Positions 30,001-45,000 of a DNA stretch of 64,000 bases are shown here, piece by piece. Numbering within the stretch: position 1 is the stretch's first letter; every line of letters begins with the position of its first letter. The stretch covers positions 365,800,001 through 365,864,000 of the forward strand of contig OZ024742.1 of the NCBI GenBank assembly GCA_964016885.1, read 5' to 3'. The notes below the pieces were generated by a model, which was given only the letters and a program-made list of their open reading frames with translations, had not been told where the DNA came from and made no database searches. The stretch comes from Eledone cirrhosa (Eukaryota). The position numbers and the translations under genes were made by a program.

Positions 30001-33000
30001 TTCCATATATTGTCAGAAAACTATATTCCATATATTGTCAGAAAACTATATTCCATATATTGTCAGAAAACTATATTCCATATATTGTTGTCAGAAAACT
30101 ATATTCCATATATTGTCAGAAAACTATATTCCATATATTGTTGTCAGTAAACTATATTTCATATATTGTCAGAAAACTATATTCCATATATTGTTGTCAG
30201 AAAACTATATTCCATATATTGTCAGACTACTATATTCCATATATTGTTGTCAGTAAACTATATTCCATATATTGTTGTTAGAAAACTATATTCCATATAT
30301 TGTTGTCAGAAAACTATATTCCATATATTGTTGTCAGTAAACTATATTCCATATATTGTCAGAAAACTATATTCCATATATTGTTGTCAGAAAACTATAT
30401 TCCATATATAGTCAGAAAACTATATTCCATATATTGTTGTCAGAAAACTATATTCCATATATTGTCAGAAAACTATATTCCATATATTGTCAGAAAACTA
30501 TATTCCATAAATTGTTGTCAGTAAACTATATTCCATATATTGTTGTCAGAAAACTATATTCCATATATTGTCAGAAAACTATATTCCATATATTGTTGTC
30601 AGTAAACTATATTCCATATGTTGTCAGAAAACTATATTCCATATATTGTTGTCAGAAAACTATATTACATATATTGTCAGAAAACTATATTCCATATATT
30701 GTCAGAAAACTATATTCCATATATTGTTGTCAGTAAACTATATTCCATATATTGTCAGAAAACTATATTCCATATATTGATGTCTGAAAACTATATTCCA
30801 TATATTGTCAGAAAACTATATTCTATATATTGTTGTCAGTTAACTATATTCCATATATTGTCAGAAAACTATATTCCATATATTGTTGTCAGAAAACTAT
30901 ATTCCATATATTGTCAGAGAACTATATTCTATATATTGTTGTCAGGAAACTATATTCCATATATTGTCAGACATCTATATTCCATATATTGTTGTCAGTA
31001 AACTATATTCCATATATTGTTGTTAGAAAACTATATTCCATATATTGTCAGAAAACTATATTCCATATATTGTCAGAAAACTATATTCCATATATTGTCA
31101 GAAAACTATATTCCATATATTGTCAGAAAACTATATTCCATATATTGTTGTCAGAAAACTATATTCCATATATTGTCAGAAAACTATATTCCATATATTG
31201 TTGTCAGTAAACTATATTTCATATATTGTCAGAAAACTATATTCCATATATTGTTGTCAGAAAACTATATTCCATATATTGTCAGAAAACTATATTCCAT
31301 ATATTGTCAGAAAACTATATTCCATATATTGTCAGAAAACTATATTCCATATATTGTTGTCAGAAAACTATATTCCATATATTGTCAGAAAACTATATTC
31401 CATATATTGTTGTCAGAAAACTATATTCCATATATTGTCAGAAAACTATATTCCATATATTGTCAGAAAACTATATTCCATATATTGTCAGAAAACTATA
31501 TTCCATATGTTGTCAGAAAACTATATTCCATATATTGTTGTCAGAAAACTATATTCCATATATTGTCAGAAAACTATATTCCATATATTGTCAGAAAACT
31601 ATATTCCATATGTTGTCAGAAAACTATATTCCATATATTGTTGTCAGAAAACTATATTCCAGATATTGTTGTCAGAAAACTATATTCCATATACTGTCAG
31701 AAAACTATATTCCATATATTGTCAGAAAACTATATTCTATATGTTGTCAGAAAACTATATTCCATATATTGTTGTCAGAAAACTATATTCCATATATTGT
31801 CAGAAAACTATTTCCATATATTGTTGTCAGGAAACTATATTCCATATATTGTCAGACAACTATATTCCATATATTGTTGTCAGTAAACTATATTCCATTT
31901 ATTGTTGTCAGAAAACTATATTCCATATATTGTTGTCAGAAAACTATATTCCATATATTGTTGTCAGTAAACAATATTCCATATATTGTCAGAAAACTAT
32001 ATTCCATATATTGTTGTCAGTAAACTATATTCCATATATTGTTGTCAGAAAACTATATTCCATATATTGTCAGAAAACTATATTCCATATATTGTTGTCA
32101 GAAAACTATATTCCATATATTGTCAGAAAACTATATTCCATATATTGTTGTCAGAAAACTATATTCCATATATTGTCAGAAAACTATATTCCATATATTG
32201 TTGTCAGAAAACTATATTCCATATATTGTCAGACTACTATATTCCATATATTGTTGTCAGTAAACTATATTCCATATATTGTTGTTAGAAAACTATATTC
32301 CATATATTGTTGTCAGAAAACTATATTCCATATATTGTTGTCAGTAAACTATATTCCATATATTGTCAGAAAACTATATTCCATATATTGTTGTCAGAAA
32401 ACTATATTCCATATATTGTCAGAAAACTATATTCCATATATTGTTGTCAGAAAACTATATTCCATATATTGTCAGAAAACTATATTCCATATATTGTCAG
32501 AAAACTATATTCCATATATTGATGTCTGAAAACTATATTCCATATATTGTCAGAAAACTATATTACATATATTGTTGTCAGAAAACTATATTCCATATAT
32601 TGTCAGAAAACTATATTCCATATATTGTTTTCAGAAAACTATATTCCATATATTGTCAGACAACTATATTCCATATATTGTTGTCAGTAAACTATATTCC
32701 ATATATTGTTGTTAGAAAACTATATTCCATATATTGTTGTCAGAAAACTATATTCCATATATTGTCAGAAAACTATATTCCTTATATTGTTGTCAGAAAA
32801 CTATATTCCATATATTGTCAGAAAACTATATTCCATATATTGTTGTCAGAAAACTATATTCCATATATTGTCAGAAAACTATATTCCATATATTGTTGTC
32901 AGAAAACTATATTCCATATATTGTCAGAAAACTATATTCCATATATTGTTGTCAGTAAACTATATTCCATATATTGTCAGAAAACTATATTCCATATATT

Positions 33001-36000
33001 GTTGTCAGAAAACTATATTCCATATATTGTCAGAAAACTATATTCCATATATTGTTGTCAGAAAACTATATTCCATATATTGTCAGAAAACTATATTCCA
33101 TATATTGTTGTCAGAAAACTATATTCCATATATTGTCAGAAAACTATATTCCATATATTGTCAGAAAACTATATTCCATATATTGTTGTCAGAAAACTAT
33201 ATTCCATATATTGTTGTCAGAAAACTATATTCCATATATTGTCAGAAAACTATATTCCATATATTGTTGTCAGAAAACTATATTCCATATATTGTCAGAA
33301 AACTATATTCCATATATTGTCAGAAAACTATATTCCATATATTGATGTCAGAAAACTATATTCCATATATTGTCAGAAAACTATATTCCATATATTGTTG
33401 TCAGTAAACTATATTCCATATATTGTCAGAAAACTATATTCCATATATTGTCAGAAAACTATATGCCATATATTGTTGTCAGAAAACTATATTCCATATA
33501 TTGTCAGAAAACTATATTCCATATATTGTCAGAAAACTATATTCCATATATTGTTGTCAGAAAACTATATTCCATATATTGTCAGAAAACTATATTCCAT
33601 ATATTGTCAGAAAACTATATTCCATATATTGTTGTCAGAAAACAATATTCCATATATTGTCAGAAAACTATATTCCATATATTGTTGTCAGAAAACTATA
33701 TTCCATATATTGTCAGAAAACTATATTCCATATATTGTCAGAAAACTATATTCCATATATTGTCAGAAAACTATATTCCATATATTGTCAGAAAACTATA
33801 TTCCATATATTGTCAGAAAACTATATTCCATATATTGTTGTCAGAAAACTATATTCCATATATTGTCAGAAAACTATATTCCATATATTGTCAGAAAACT
33901 ATATTCCATATATTGTTGTCAGAAAACTATATTCCATATATTGTCAGAAAACTATATTCCATATATTGTTGTCAGAAAACTATATTCCATATATTGTCAG
34001 AAAACTATATGCCATATATTGTCAGAAAACTATATTCCATGTATTGTTGTCAGAAAACTATATTCCATATATTGTCAGACAACTATATTCCATATATTGC
34101 TGTCAGAAAACTATATTCCATATATTGTCAGAAAACTATATGCCATATATAGTCAGAAAACTATATTCCATATATTGTCAGAAAACTATATTCCATATAT
34201 CGTTGTCAGAAAACTATATTCCATATATTGTCAGAAAACTATATGCCATATATTGTCAGAAAACTATATTCCATATATTGTTGTCAGAAAACTATATTCC
34301 ATATATTGTCAGACAACTATATTCCATATATTGTTGTCAGAAAACTATATTACATATATTGTCAGACAACTATATTCCATATATTGTTGTCAGTAAACTA
34401 TATTCCATATATTGTTGTCAGTAAACTATATTCCATATATTGTTGTCAGTAAACTATATTCCATATATTGTTGTCAGAAAACTATATTCCATATATTGTC
34501 AGAAAACTATATTCCATATATTGTTGTCAGTAAACTATATTCCATATATTGTTGTCAGAAAACTATATTCCATATATTGTTGTCAGTAAACTATATTCCA
34601 TATATTGTCAGAAAACTATATTCCATATATTGTTGTCAGAAAACTATATTCCATATATTGTTGTCAGTAAACTATATTCCATATATTGTTGTCAGAAAAC
34701 TATATTCCATATATTGTTGTCAGTAAACTATATTCCATATATTGTTGTCAGTAAACTATATTCCATATATTGTTGTCAGAAAACTATATTCCATATATTG
34801 TTGTCAGAAAACTATATTCCATATATTGTTGTCAGTAAACTATATTCCATATATTGTCAGACAACTATATTCCATATATTGTTGTCAGTAAACTATATTC
34901 TATATATTGTCAGAAAACTATATTCCATATATTGTTGTCAGAAAACTATATTCCATATATTGTTGTCAGTAAACTATATTCCATATATTGTCAGAAAACT
35001 ATATTCCATATATTGTTGTCAGAAAACTATATTCCATATATTGTTGTCAGAAAACTATATTCCATATATTGTTGTCAGTAAACTATATTCCATATATTGT
35101 TGTCAGAAAACTATATTCCATATATTGTCAGAAAACTATATTCCATATATTGTTGTCAGAAAACTATATTCCATATATTGTTGTCAGTAAACTATATTCC
35201 ATATATTGTCAGACAACTATATTCCCTATATTGTTGTCAGAAAACTATATTCCATATATTGTCAGAAAACTATATTCCATATATTGTTGTCAGTAAACTA
35301 TATTCCATATATTGTTGTCAGAAAACTATATTCCATATATTGTTGTCAGTAAACTATATTCCATATATTGTCAGAAAACTATATTCCATATATTGTTGTC
35401 AGTAAACTATATTCCATATATTGTCAGAAAACTATATTCCATATATTGTTGTCAGTAAACTATATTCCATATATTGTTGTCAGTAAACTATATTCCATAT
35501 ATTGTCAGAAAACTATATTCCATATATTGTTGTCAGTAAACTATATTCCATATATTGTCAGAAAACTATATTCCATATATTGATGTCAGTAAACTATATT
35601 CCATATATTGTCAGAAAACTATATTCCATATATTGTTGTCAGTAAACTATATTCCATATATTGTCAGAAAACTATATTCCATATATTCTTGTCAGAAAAC
35701 TATATTCCATATATTGTTGTCAGTAAACTATATTCCATATATTGTCAGGAAACAATATTCCATATATTGTTGTCAGAAAACTATATTCCATATATTGTTG
35801 TCAGTAAACTATATTCCATATATTGTCAGAAAACTATATTCCATATATTGTTGTCAGAAAACTATATTCCATATATTGTTGTCAGTAAACTATATTTCAT
35901 ATATTGTCAGAAAACTATATTCCATATATTGTCAGAAAACTATATTCCATATATTGTCAGACAACTATATTCCATATATTGTTGTCAGAAAACTATATTC

Positions 36001-39000
36001 CATATATTGTCAGACAACTATATTCCATATATTGTTGTCAGTAAACTATATTCCATATATTGTTGTCAGTAAACTATATTCCATATATTGTTGTCAGTAA
36101 ACTATATTCCATATATTGTTGTCAGAAAACTATATTCCATATATTGTCAGAAAACTATATTCCATATATTGTTGTCAGTAAACTATATTCCATATATTGT
36201 TGTCAGAAAACTATATTCCATATATTGTTGTCCGTAAACTATATTCCATATATTGTTGTCAGTAAACTATATTCCATATATTGTTGTCAGAAAACTATAT
36301 TCCATATATTGTCAGACAACTATATTCCATATATTGTTGTCAGAAAACTATATTCCATATATTGTTGTCAGAAAACTATATTCCATATATCGTCAGAAAA
36401 CTATATTCCATATATTGTCAGTAAACTATATTCCATATATTGTTGTCAGTAAACTATATTCTATATATTGTCAGAAAACTATATTCCATATATTGTTGTC
36501 AGAAAACTATATTCCATATATTGTTGTCAGTAAACTATATTCCATATATTGTCAGAAAACTATATTCCATATATTGTTGTCAGAAAACTATATTCCATAT
36601 ATTGTTGTCAGAAAACTATATTCCATATATTGTTGTCAGTAAACTATATTCCATATATTGTTGTCAGAAAACTATATTCCATATATTGTCAGAAAACTAT
36701 ATTCCATATATTGTTGTCAGAAAACTATATTCCATATATTGTTGTCAGTAAACTATATTCCATATATTGTCAGACAACTATATTCCCTATATTGTTGTCA
36801 GAAAACTATATTCCATATATTGTCAGAAAACTATATTCCATATATTGTTGTCAGTAAACTATATTCCATATATTGTTGTCAGAAAACTATATTCCATATA
36901 TTGTTGTCAGTAAACTATATTCCATATATTGTCAGAAAACTATATTCCATATATTGTTGTCAGTAAACTATATTCCATATATTGTCAGAAAACTATATTC
37001 CATATATTGTTGTCAGTAAACTATATTTAATATATTGTTGTCAGTAAACTATATTCCATATATTGTCAGAAAACTATATTCCATATATTGTTGTCAGTAA
37101 ACTATATTCCATATATTGTCAGAAAACTATATTCCATATATTGTTGTCAGTAAACTATATTCCATATATTGTCAGAAAACTATATTCCATATATTGTTGT
37201 CAGTAAACTATTTTCCATATATTGTCAGAAAACTATATTACATATATTGTTGTCAGAAAACTATATTCCATATATTGTTGTCAGTAAACTATATTCCATA
37301 TATTGTCAGGAAACTATATTCCATATATTGTTGTCAGAAAACTATATTCCATATATTGTTGTCAGTAAACTATATTCCATATATTGTCAGAAAACTATAT
37401 TCCATATATTGTTGTCAGAAAACTATATTCCATATATTGTTGTCAGTAAACTATATTTCATATATTGTCAGAAAACTATATTCCATATATTGTCAGAAAA
37501 CTATATTCCATATATTGTCAGACAACTATATTCCATATATTGTTGTCAGAAAACTATATTCCATATATTGTCAGACAACTATATTCCATATATTGTTGTC
37601 AGTAAACTATATTCCATATATTGTTGTCAGTAAACTATATTCCATATATTGTTGTCAGTAAACTATATTCCATATATTGTTGTCAGAAAACTATATTCCA
37701 TATATTGTCAGAAAACTATATTCCATATATTGTTGTCAGTAAACTATATTCCATATATTGTTGTCAGAAAACTATATTCCATATATTGTTGTCCGTAAAC
37801 TATATTCCATATATTGTTGTCAGTAAACTATATTCCATATATTGTTGTCAGAAAACTATATTCCATATATTGTCAGACAACTATATTCCATATATTGTTG
37901 TCAGAAAACTATATTCCATATATTGTTGTCAGAAAACTATATTCCATATATCGTCAGAAAACTATATTCCATATATTGTCAGTAAACTATATTCCATATA
38001 TTGTTGTCAGAAAACTATATTCCATATATTGTTGTCAGTAAACTATATTCCATATATTGTCAGAAAACTATATTCCATATATTGTTGTCAGTAAACTATA
38101 TTCCATATATTGTCAGACAACTATATTCCATATATTGTTGTCAGTAAACTATATTCCATATATTGTTGTCAGTAAACTATATTCCATATATTGTTGTCAG
38201 AAAACTATATTCCATATATTGTCAGACAACTATATTCCATATATTGTTGTCAGAAAACTATATTCCATATATTGTTGTCAGAAAACTATATTCCATATAT
38301 TGTCAGAAAACTATATTCCATATATTGTCAGTAAACTATATTCCATATATTGTTGTCAGAAAACTATATTCCATATATTGTTGTCAGTAAACTATATTCC
38401 ATATATTGTCAGAAAACTATATTCCATATATTGTTGTCAGTAAACTATATTCCATATATTGTCAGACAACTATATTCCATATATTGTTGTCAGAAAACTA
38501 TATTCCATATATTGTTGTCAGAAAACTATATTCCATATATTGTTGTCAGAAAACTATATTCCATATATTGTTGTCAGTAAACTATATTCCATATATTGTC
38601 AGAAAACTATATTCCATATATTGTTGTCAGAAAACTATATTCCATATATTGTTGTCAGTAAACTATATTCCATATATTGTCAGAAAACTATATTCCATAT
38701 ATTGTTGTCAGTAAACTATATTCCATATATTGTCAGACAACTATATTCCAAATATTGTTGGCAGAAAACTATATTCCATATATTGTTGTCAGAAAACTAT
38801 ATTCCATATATTGTTGTCAGAAAACTATATTCCATATATTGTTGTCAGTAAACTATATTCCATATATTGTCAGAAAACTATATTCCATATATTGTCAGAA
38901 AACTATATTCCACATATTGTTGTCAGTAAACTATATTCCATATATTGTCAGTAAACTATATTCCATATATTGTCAGAAAACTATATTCCATATATTGTTG

Positions 39001-42000
39001 TCAGTAAACTATATTCCATATATTGTCAGAAAATTATATTCCGTATATTGTTGTCAGTAAACTATATTCCATATATTGTCAGAAAACTATATTCCATATA
39101 TTGTTGTCAGTAAACTATATTCCATATATTGTCAGAAAACTATATTCCATATATTGTTGTCAGAAAACTATATTCCATATATTGTTGTCAGTAAACTATA
39201 TTCCATATATTGTCAGAAAACTATATTCCATATATTGTTGTTAGTAAACTATATTCCATATATTGTCAGACAACTATATTCCATATATTGTTGTCAGAAA
39301 ACTATATTCCATATATTGTTGTCAGAAAACTATATTCCATATATTGTTGTCAGAAACCTATATTCCATATATTGTTGTTAGTAAACTATATTCCATATAT
39401 TGTCAGAAAACTATATTCCATATATTGTCAGAAAACTATATTCCATATATTGTTGTCAGTAAACTATATTCCATATATTGTCAGAAAACTATATTCCATA
39501 TATTGTTGTCAGTAAACTATATTCCATATATTGTCAGAAAACTATATTCCATATATTGTTGTCAGTAAACTATATTCCATATATTGTTGTCAGTAAACTA
39601 TATTCCATATATTGTCAGAAAACTATATTCCATATATTGTTGTCAGAAAACTATATTCCATATATTGTCAGAAAACTATATTCCATATATTGTTGTCAGA
39701 AAACTATATTCCATATATTGTTGTCAGTAAACTATATTCCATATATTGTCAGAAAACTATATTCCATATATTGTTGTCAGTAAACTATATTCCATATATT
39801 GTCAGAAAACTATATTCCATATATTGTCAGACAACTATATTCCATATATTGTTGTCAGAAAACTATATTCCATATATTGTTGTCAGAAAACTATATTCCA
39901 TATATTGTTGTCAGAAAACTATATTCCATATATTGTTGTCAGTAAACTATATTGCATATATTGTCAGAAAACTATATTCCATATATTATCAGAAAACTAT
40001 ATTCCATATATTGTTGTCAGTAAACTATATTCCATATATTGTCAGAAAACTATATTCCATATATTGTCAGAAAACTATATTCCATATATTGTTGTCAGTA
40101 AACTATATTCCATATATTGTCAGAAAACTATATTCCATATACTGTTGTCAGTAAACTATATTCCATATATTGTCAGAAAACTATATTCCATATATTGTTG
40201 TCAGTAAACTATATTCCATATATTGTCAGAAAACTATATTCCATATATTGTTGTCAGTAAACTATATTCCATATATTGTCAGAAATCTATATTCCATATA
40301 TTGTTGTCAGTAAACTATATTCCATATATTGTCAGAAAACTATATTCCATATATTGTTGTCAGAAAACTATATTCCATATATTGTTGTCAGAAAACTATA
40401 TTCCATATATTGTTGTCAGAAAACTATATTCCATATATTGTTGTCAGTAAACTATATTCCATATATTGTCAGAAAACTATATTCCATATATTGTTGTCAG
40501 AAAACTATATTCCATATATTGTTGTCAGTAAACTATATTCCATATATTGTTGTCAGTAAACTATATTCCATATATTGTTGTCAGAAAACTATACTCCATA
40601 TATTGTCAGAAAACTATATTCCATATATTGTTGTCAGTAAACTATATTCCATATATTGTTGTCAGAAAACTATATTCCATATATTGTTGTCAGTAAACTA
40701 TATTCCATATATTGTTGTCAGTAAACTATATTCCATATATTGTTGTCAGTAAACTATATTCCATATATTGTTGTCAGAAAACTATATTCCATATATTGTC
40801 AGACAACTAAATTCCATATATTGTTGTCAGAAAACTATATTCCATATATTGTTGTCAGAAAACTATATTCCATATATTGTCAGTAAACTATATTCCATAT
40901 ATTGTTGTCAGAAAACTATATTCCATATATTGTTGTCAGTAAACTATATTCCATATATTGTCAGAAAACTATATTCCATATATTGTTGTCAGTAAACTAT
41001 ATTCCATATATTGTCAGACAACTATATTCCATATATTGTTGTCAGAAAACTATATTCCATATATTGTTGTCAGAAAACTATATTCCATATATTGTTGTCA
41101 GAAAACTATATTCCATATATTGTTGTCAGTAAACTATATTCCATATATTGTTGTCAGAAACCTATATTCCATATATTGTTGTTAGTAAACTATATTCCAT
41201 ATATTGTCAGAAAACTATATTCCATATATTGTTGTCAGTAAACTATATTCCATATATTGTCAGAAATCTATATTCCATATATTGTTGTCAGAAAACTATA
41301 TTCCATATATTGTTGTCAGTAAACTATATTCCATATATTGTCAGAAAACTATATTCCATATATTGTTGTTAGTAAACTATATTCCATATATTGTCAGACA
41401 ACTATATTCCATATATTGTTGTCAGAAAACTATATTCCATATATTGTTGTCAGAAAACTATATTCCATATATTGTTGTCAGAAACCTATTCTTTCCATAT
41501 ATTGTTGTTAGTAAACTATATTCCATATATTGTCAGAAAACTATATTCCATATATTGTCAGAAAACTATATTCCATATATTGTTGTCAGTAAACTATATT
41601 CCATATATTGTCAGAAAACTATATTCCATATATTGTTGTCAGTAAACTATATTCCATATATTGTCAGAAAACTATATTCCATATATTGTTGTCAGTAAAC
41701 TATATTCCATATATTGTTGTCAGTAAACTATATTCCATATATTGTCAGAAAAATATATTCCATATATTGTTGTCAGAAAACTATATTCCATATATTGTCA
41801 GAAAACTATATTCCATATATTGTTGTCAGAAAACTATATTCCATATATTGTTGTCAGTAAACTATATTCCATATATTGTCAGAAAACTATATTCCATATA
41901 TTGTTGTCAGTAAACTATATTCCATATATTGTCAGAAAACTATATTCCATATATTGTCAGACAACTATATTCCATATATTGTTGTCAGAAAACTATATTC

Positions 42001-45000
42001 CATATATTGTTGTCAGAAAACTATATTCCATATATTGTTGTCAGAAAACTATATTCCATATATTGTTGTCAGTAAACTATATTGCATATATTGTCAGAAA
42101 ACTATATTCCATATATTATCAGAAAACTATATTCCATATATTGTTGTCAGTAAACTATATTCCATATATTGTCAGAAAACTATATTCCATATATTGTCAG
42201 AAAACTATATTCCATATATTGTTGTCAGTAAACTATATTCCATATATTGTCAGAAAACTATATTCCATATACTGTTGTCAGTAAACTATATTCCATATAT
42301 TGTCAGAAAACTATATTCCATATATTGTTGTCAGTAAACTATATTCCATATATTGTCAGAAAACTATATTCCATATATTGTTGTCAGTAAACTATATTCC
42401 ATATATTGTCAGAAATCTATATTCCATATATTGTTGTCACTAAACTATATTCCATATATTGTCAGAAAACTATATTCCATATATTGTTGTCAGAAAACTA
42501 TATTCCATATATTGTTGTCAGAAAACTATATTCCATATATTGTTGTCAGAAAACTATATTCCATATATTGTTGTCAGTAAACTATATTCCATATATTGTC
42601 AGAAAACTATATTCCATATATTGTTGTCAGAAAACTATATTCCATATATTGTTGTCAGTAAACTATATTCCATATATTGTTGTCAGTAAACTATATTCCA
42701 TATATTGTTGTCAGAAAACTATACTCCATATATTGTCAGAAAACTATATTCCATATATTGTTGTCAGTAAACTATATTCCATATATTGTTGTCAGAAAAC
42801 TATATTCCATATATTGTTGTCAGTAAACTATATTCCATATATTGTTGTCAGTAAACTATATTCCATATATTGTTGTCAGTAAACTATATTCCATATATTG
42901 TTGTCAGAAAACTATATTCCATATATTGTCAGACAACTAAATTCCATATATTGTTGTCAGAAAACTATATTCCATATATTGTTGTCAGAAAACTATATTC
43001 CATATATTGTCAGAAAACTATATTCCATATATTGTCAGTAAACTATATTCCATATATTGTTGTCAGAAAACTATATTCCATATATTGTTGTCAGTAAACT
43101 ATATTCCATATATTGTCAGAAAACTATATTCCATATATTGTTGTCAGAAAACTATATTCCATATATTGTTGTCAGTAAACTATATTTCATATATTGTCAG
43201 AAAACTATATTCCATATATTGTCAGAAAACTATATTCCATATATTGTCAGACAACTATATTCCATATATTGTTGTCAGAAAACTATATTCCATATATTGT
43301 CAGACAACTATATTCCATATATTGTTGTCAGTAAACTATATTCCATATATTGTTGTCAGTAAACTATATTCCATATATTGTTGTCAGTAAACTATATTCC
43401 ATATATTGTTGTCAGAAAACTATATTCCATATATTGTCAGAAAACTATATTCCATATATTGTTGTCAGTAAACTATATTCCATATATTGTTGTCAGAAAA
43501 CTATATTCCATATATTGTTGTCCGTAAACTATATTCCATATATTGTTGTCAGTAAACTATATTCCATATATTGTTGTCAGAAAACTATATTCCATATATT
43601 GTCAGACAACTATATTCCATATATTGTTGTCAGAAAACTATATTCCATATATTGTTGTCAGAAAACTATATTCCATATATCGTCAGAAAACTATATTCCA
43701 TATATTGTCAGTAAACTATATTCCATATATTGTTGTCAGAAAACTATATTCCATATATTGTTGTCAGTAAACTATATTCCATATATTGTCAGAAAACTAT
43801 ATTCCATATATTGTTGTCAGTAAACTATATTCCATATATTGTGAGACAACTATATTCCATATATTGTTGTCAGTAAACTATATTCCATATATTGTTGTCA
43901 GTAAACTATATTCCATATATTGTTGTCAGAAAACTATATTCCATATATTGTCAGACAACTATATTCCATATATTGTTGTCAGAAAACTATATTCCATATA
44001 TTGTTGTCAGAAAACTATATTCCATATATTGTCAGAAAACTATATTCCATATATTGTCAGTAAACTATATTCCATATATTGTTGTCAGAAAACTATATTC
44101 CATATATTGTTGTCAGTAAACTATATTCCATATATTGTCAGAAAACTATATTCCATATATTGTTGTCAGTAAACTATATTCCATATATTGTCAGACAACT
44201 ATATTCCATATATTGTTGTCAGAAAACTATATTCCATATATTGTTGTCAGAAAACTATATTCCATATATTGTTGTCAGAAAACTATATTCCATATATTGT
44301 TGTCAGTAAACTATATTCCATATATTGTCAGAAAACTATATTCCATATATTGTTGTCAGAAAACTATATTCCATATATTGTTGTCAGTAAACTATATTCC
44401 ATATATTGTCAGAAAACTATATTCCATATATTGTTGTCAGTAAACTATATTCCATATATTGTCAGACAACTATATTCCAAATATTGTTGGCAGAAAACTA
44501 TATTCCATATATTGTTGTCAGAAAACTATATTCCATATATTGTTGTCAGAAAACTATATTCCATATATTGTTGTCAGTAAACTATATTCCATATATTGTC
44601 AGAAAACTATATTCCATATATTGTCAGAAAACTATATTCCACATATTGTTGTCAGTAAACTATATTCCATATATTGTCAGTAAACTATATTCCATATATT
44701 GTCAGAAAACTATATTCCATATATTGTTGTCAGTAAACTATATTCCATATATTGTCAGAAAATTATATTCCGTATATTGTTGTCAGTAAACTATATTCCA
44801 TATATTGTCAGAAAACTATATTCCATATATTGTTGTCAGTAAACTATATTCCATATATTGTCAGAAAACTATATTCCATATATTGTTGTCAGAAAACTAT
44901 ATTCCATATATTGTTGTCAGTAAACTATATTCCATATATTGTCAGAAAACTATATTCCATATATTGTTGTCAGTAAACTATATTCCATATATTGTCAGAA

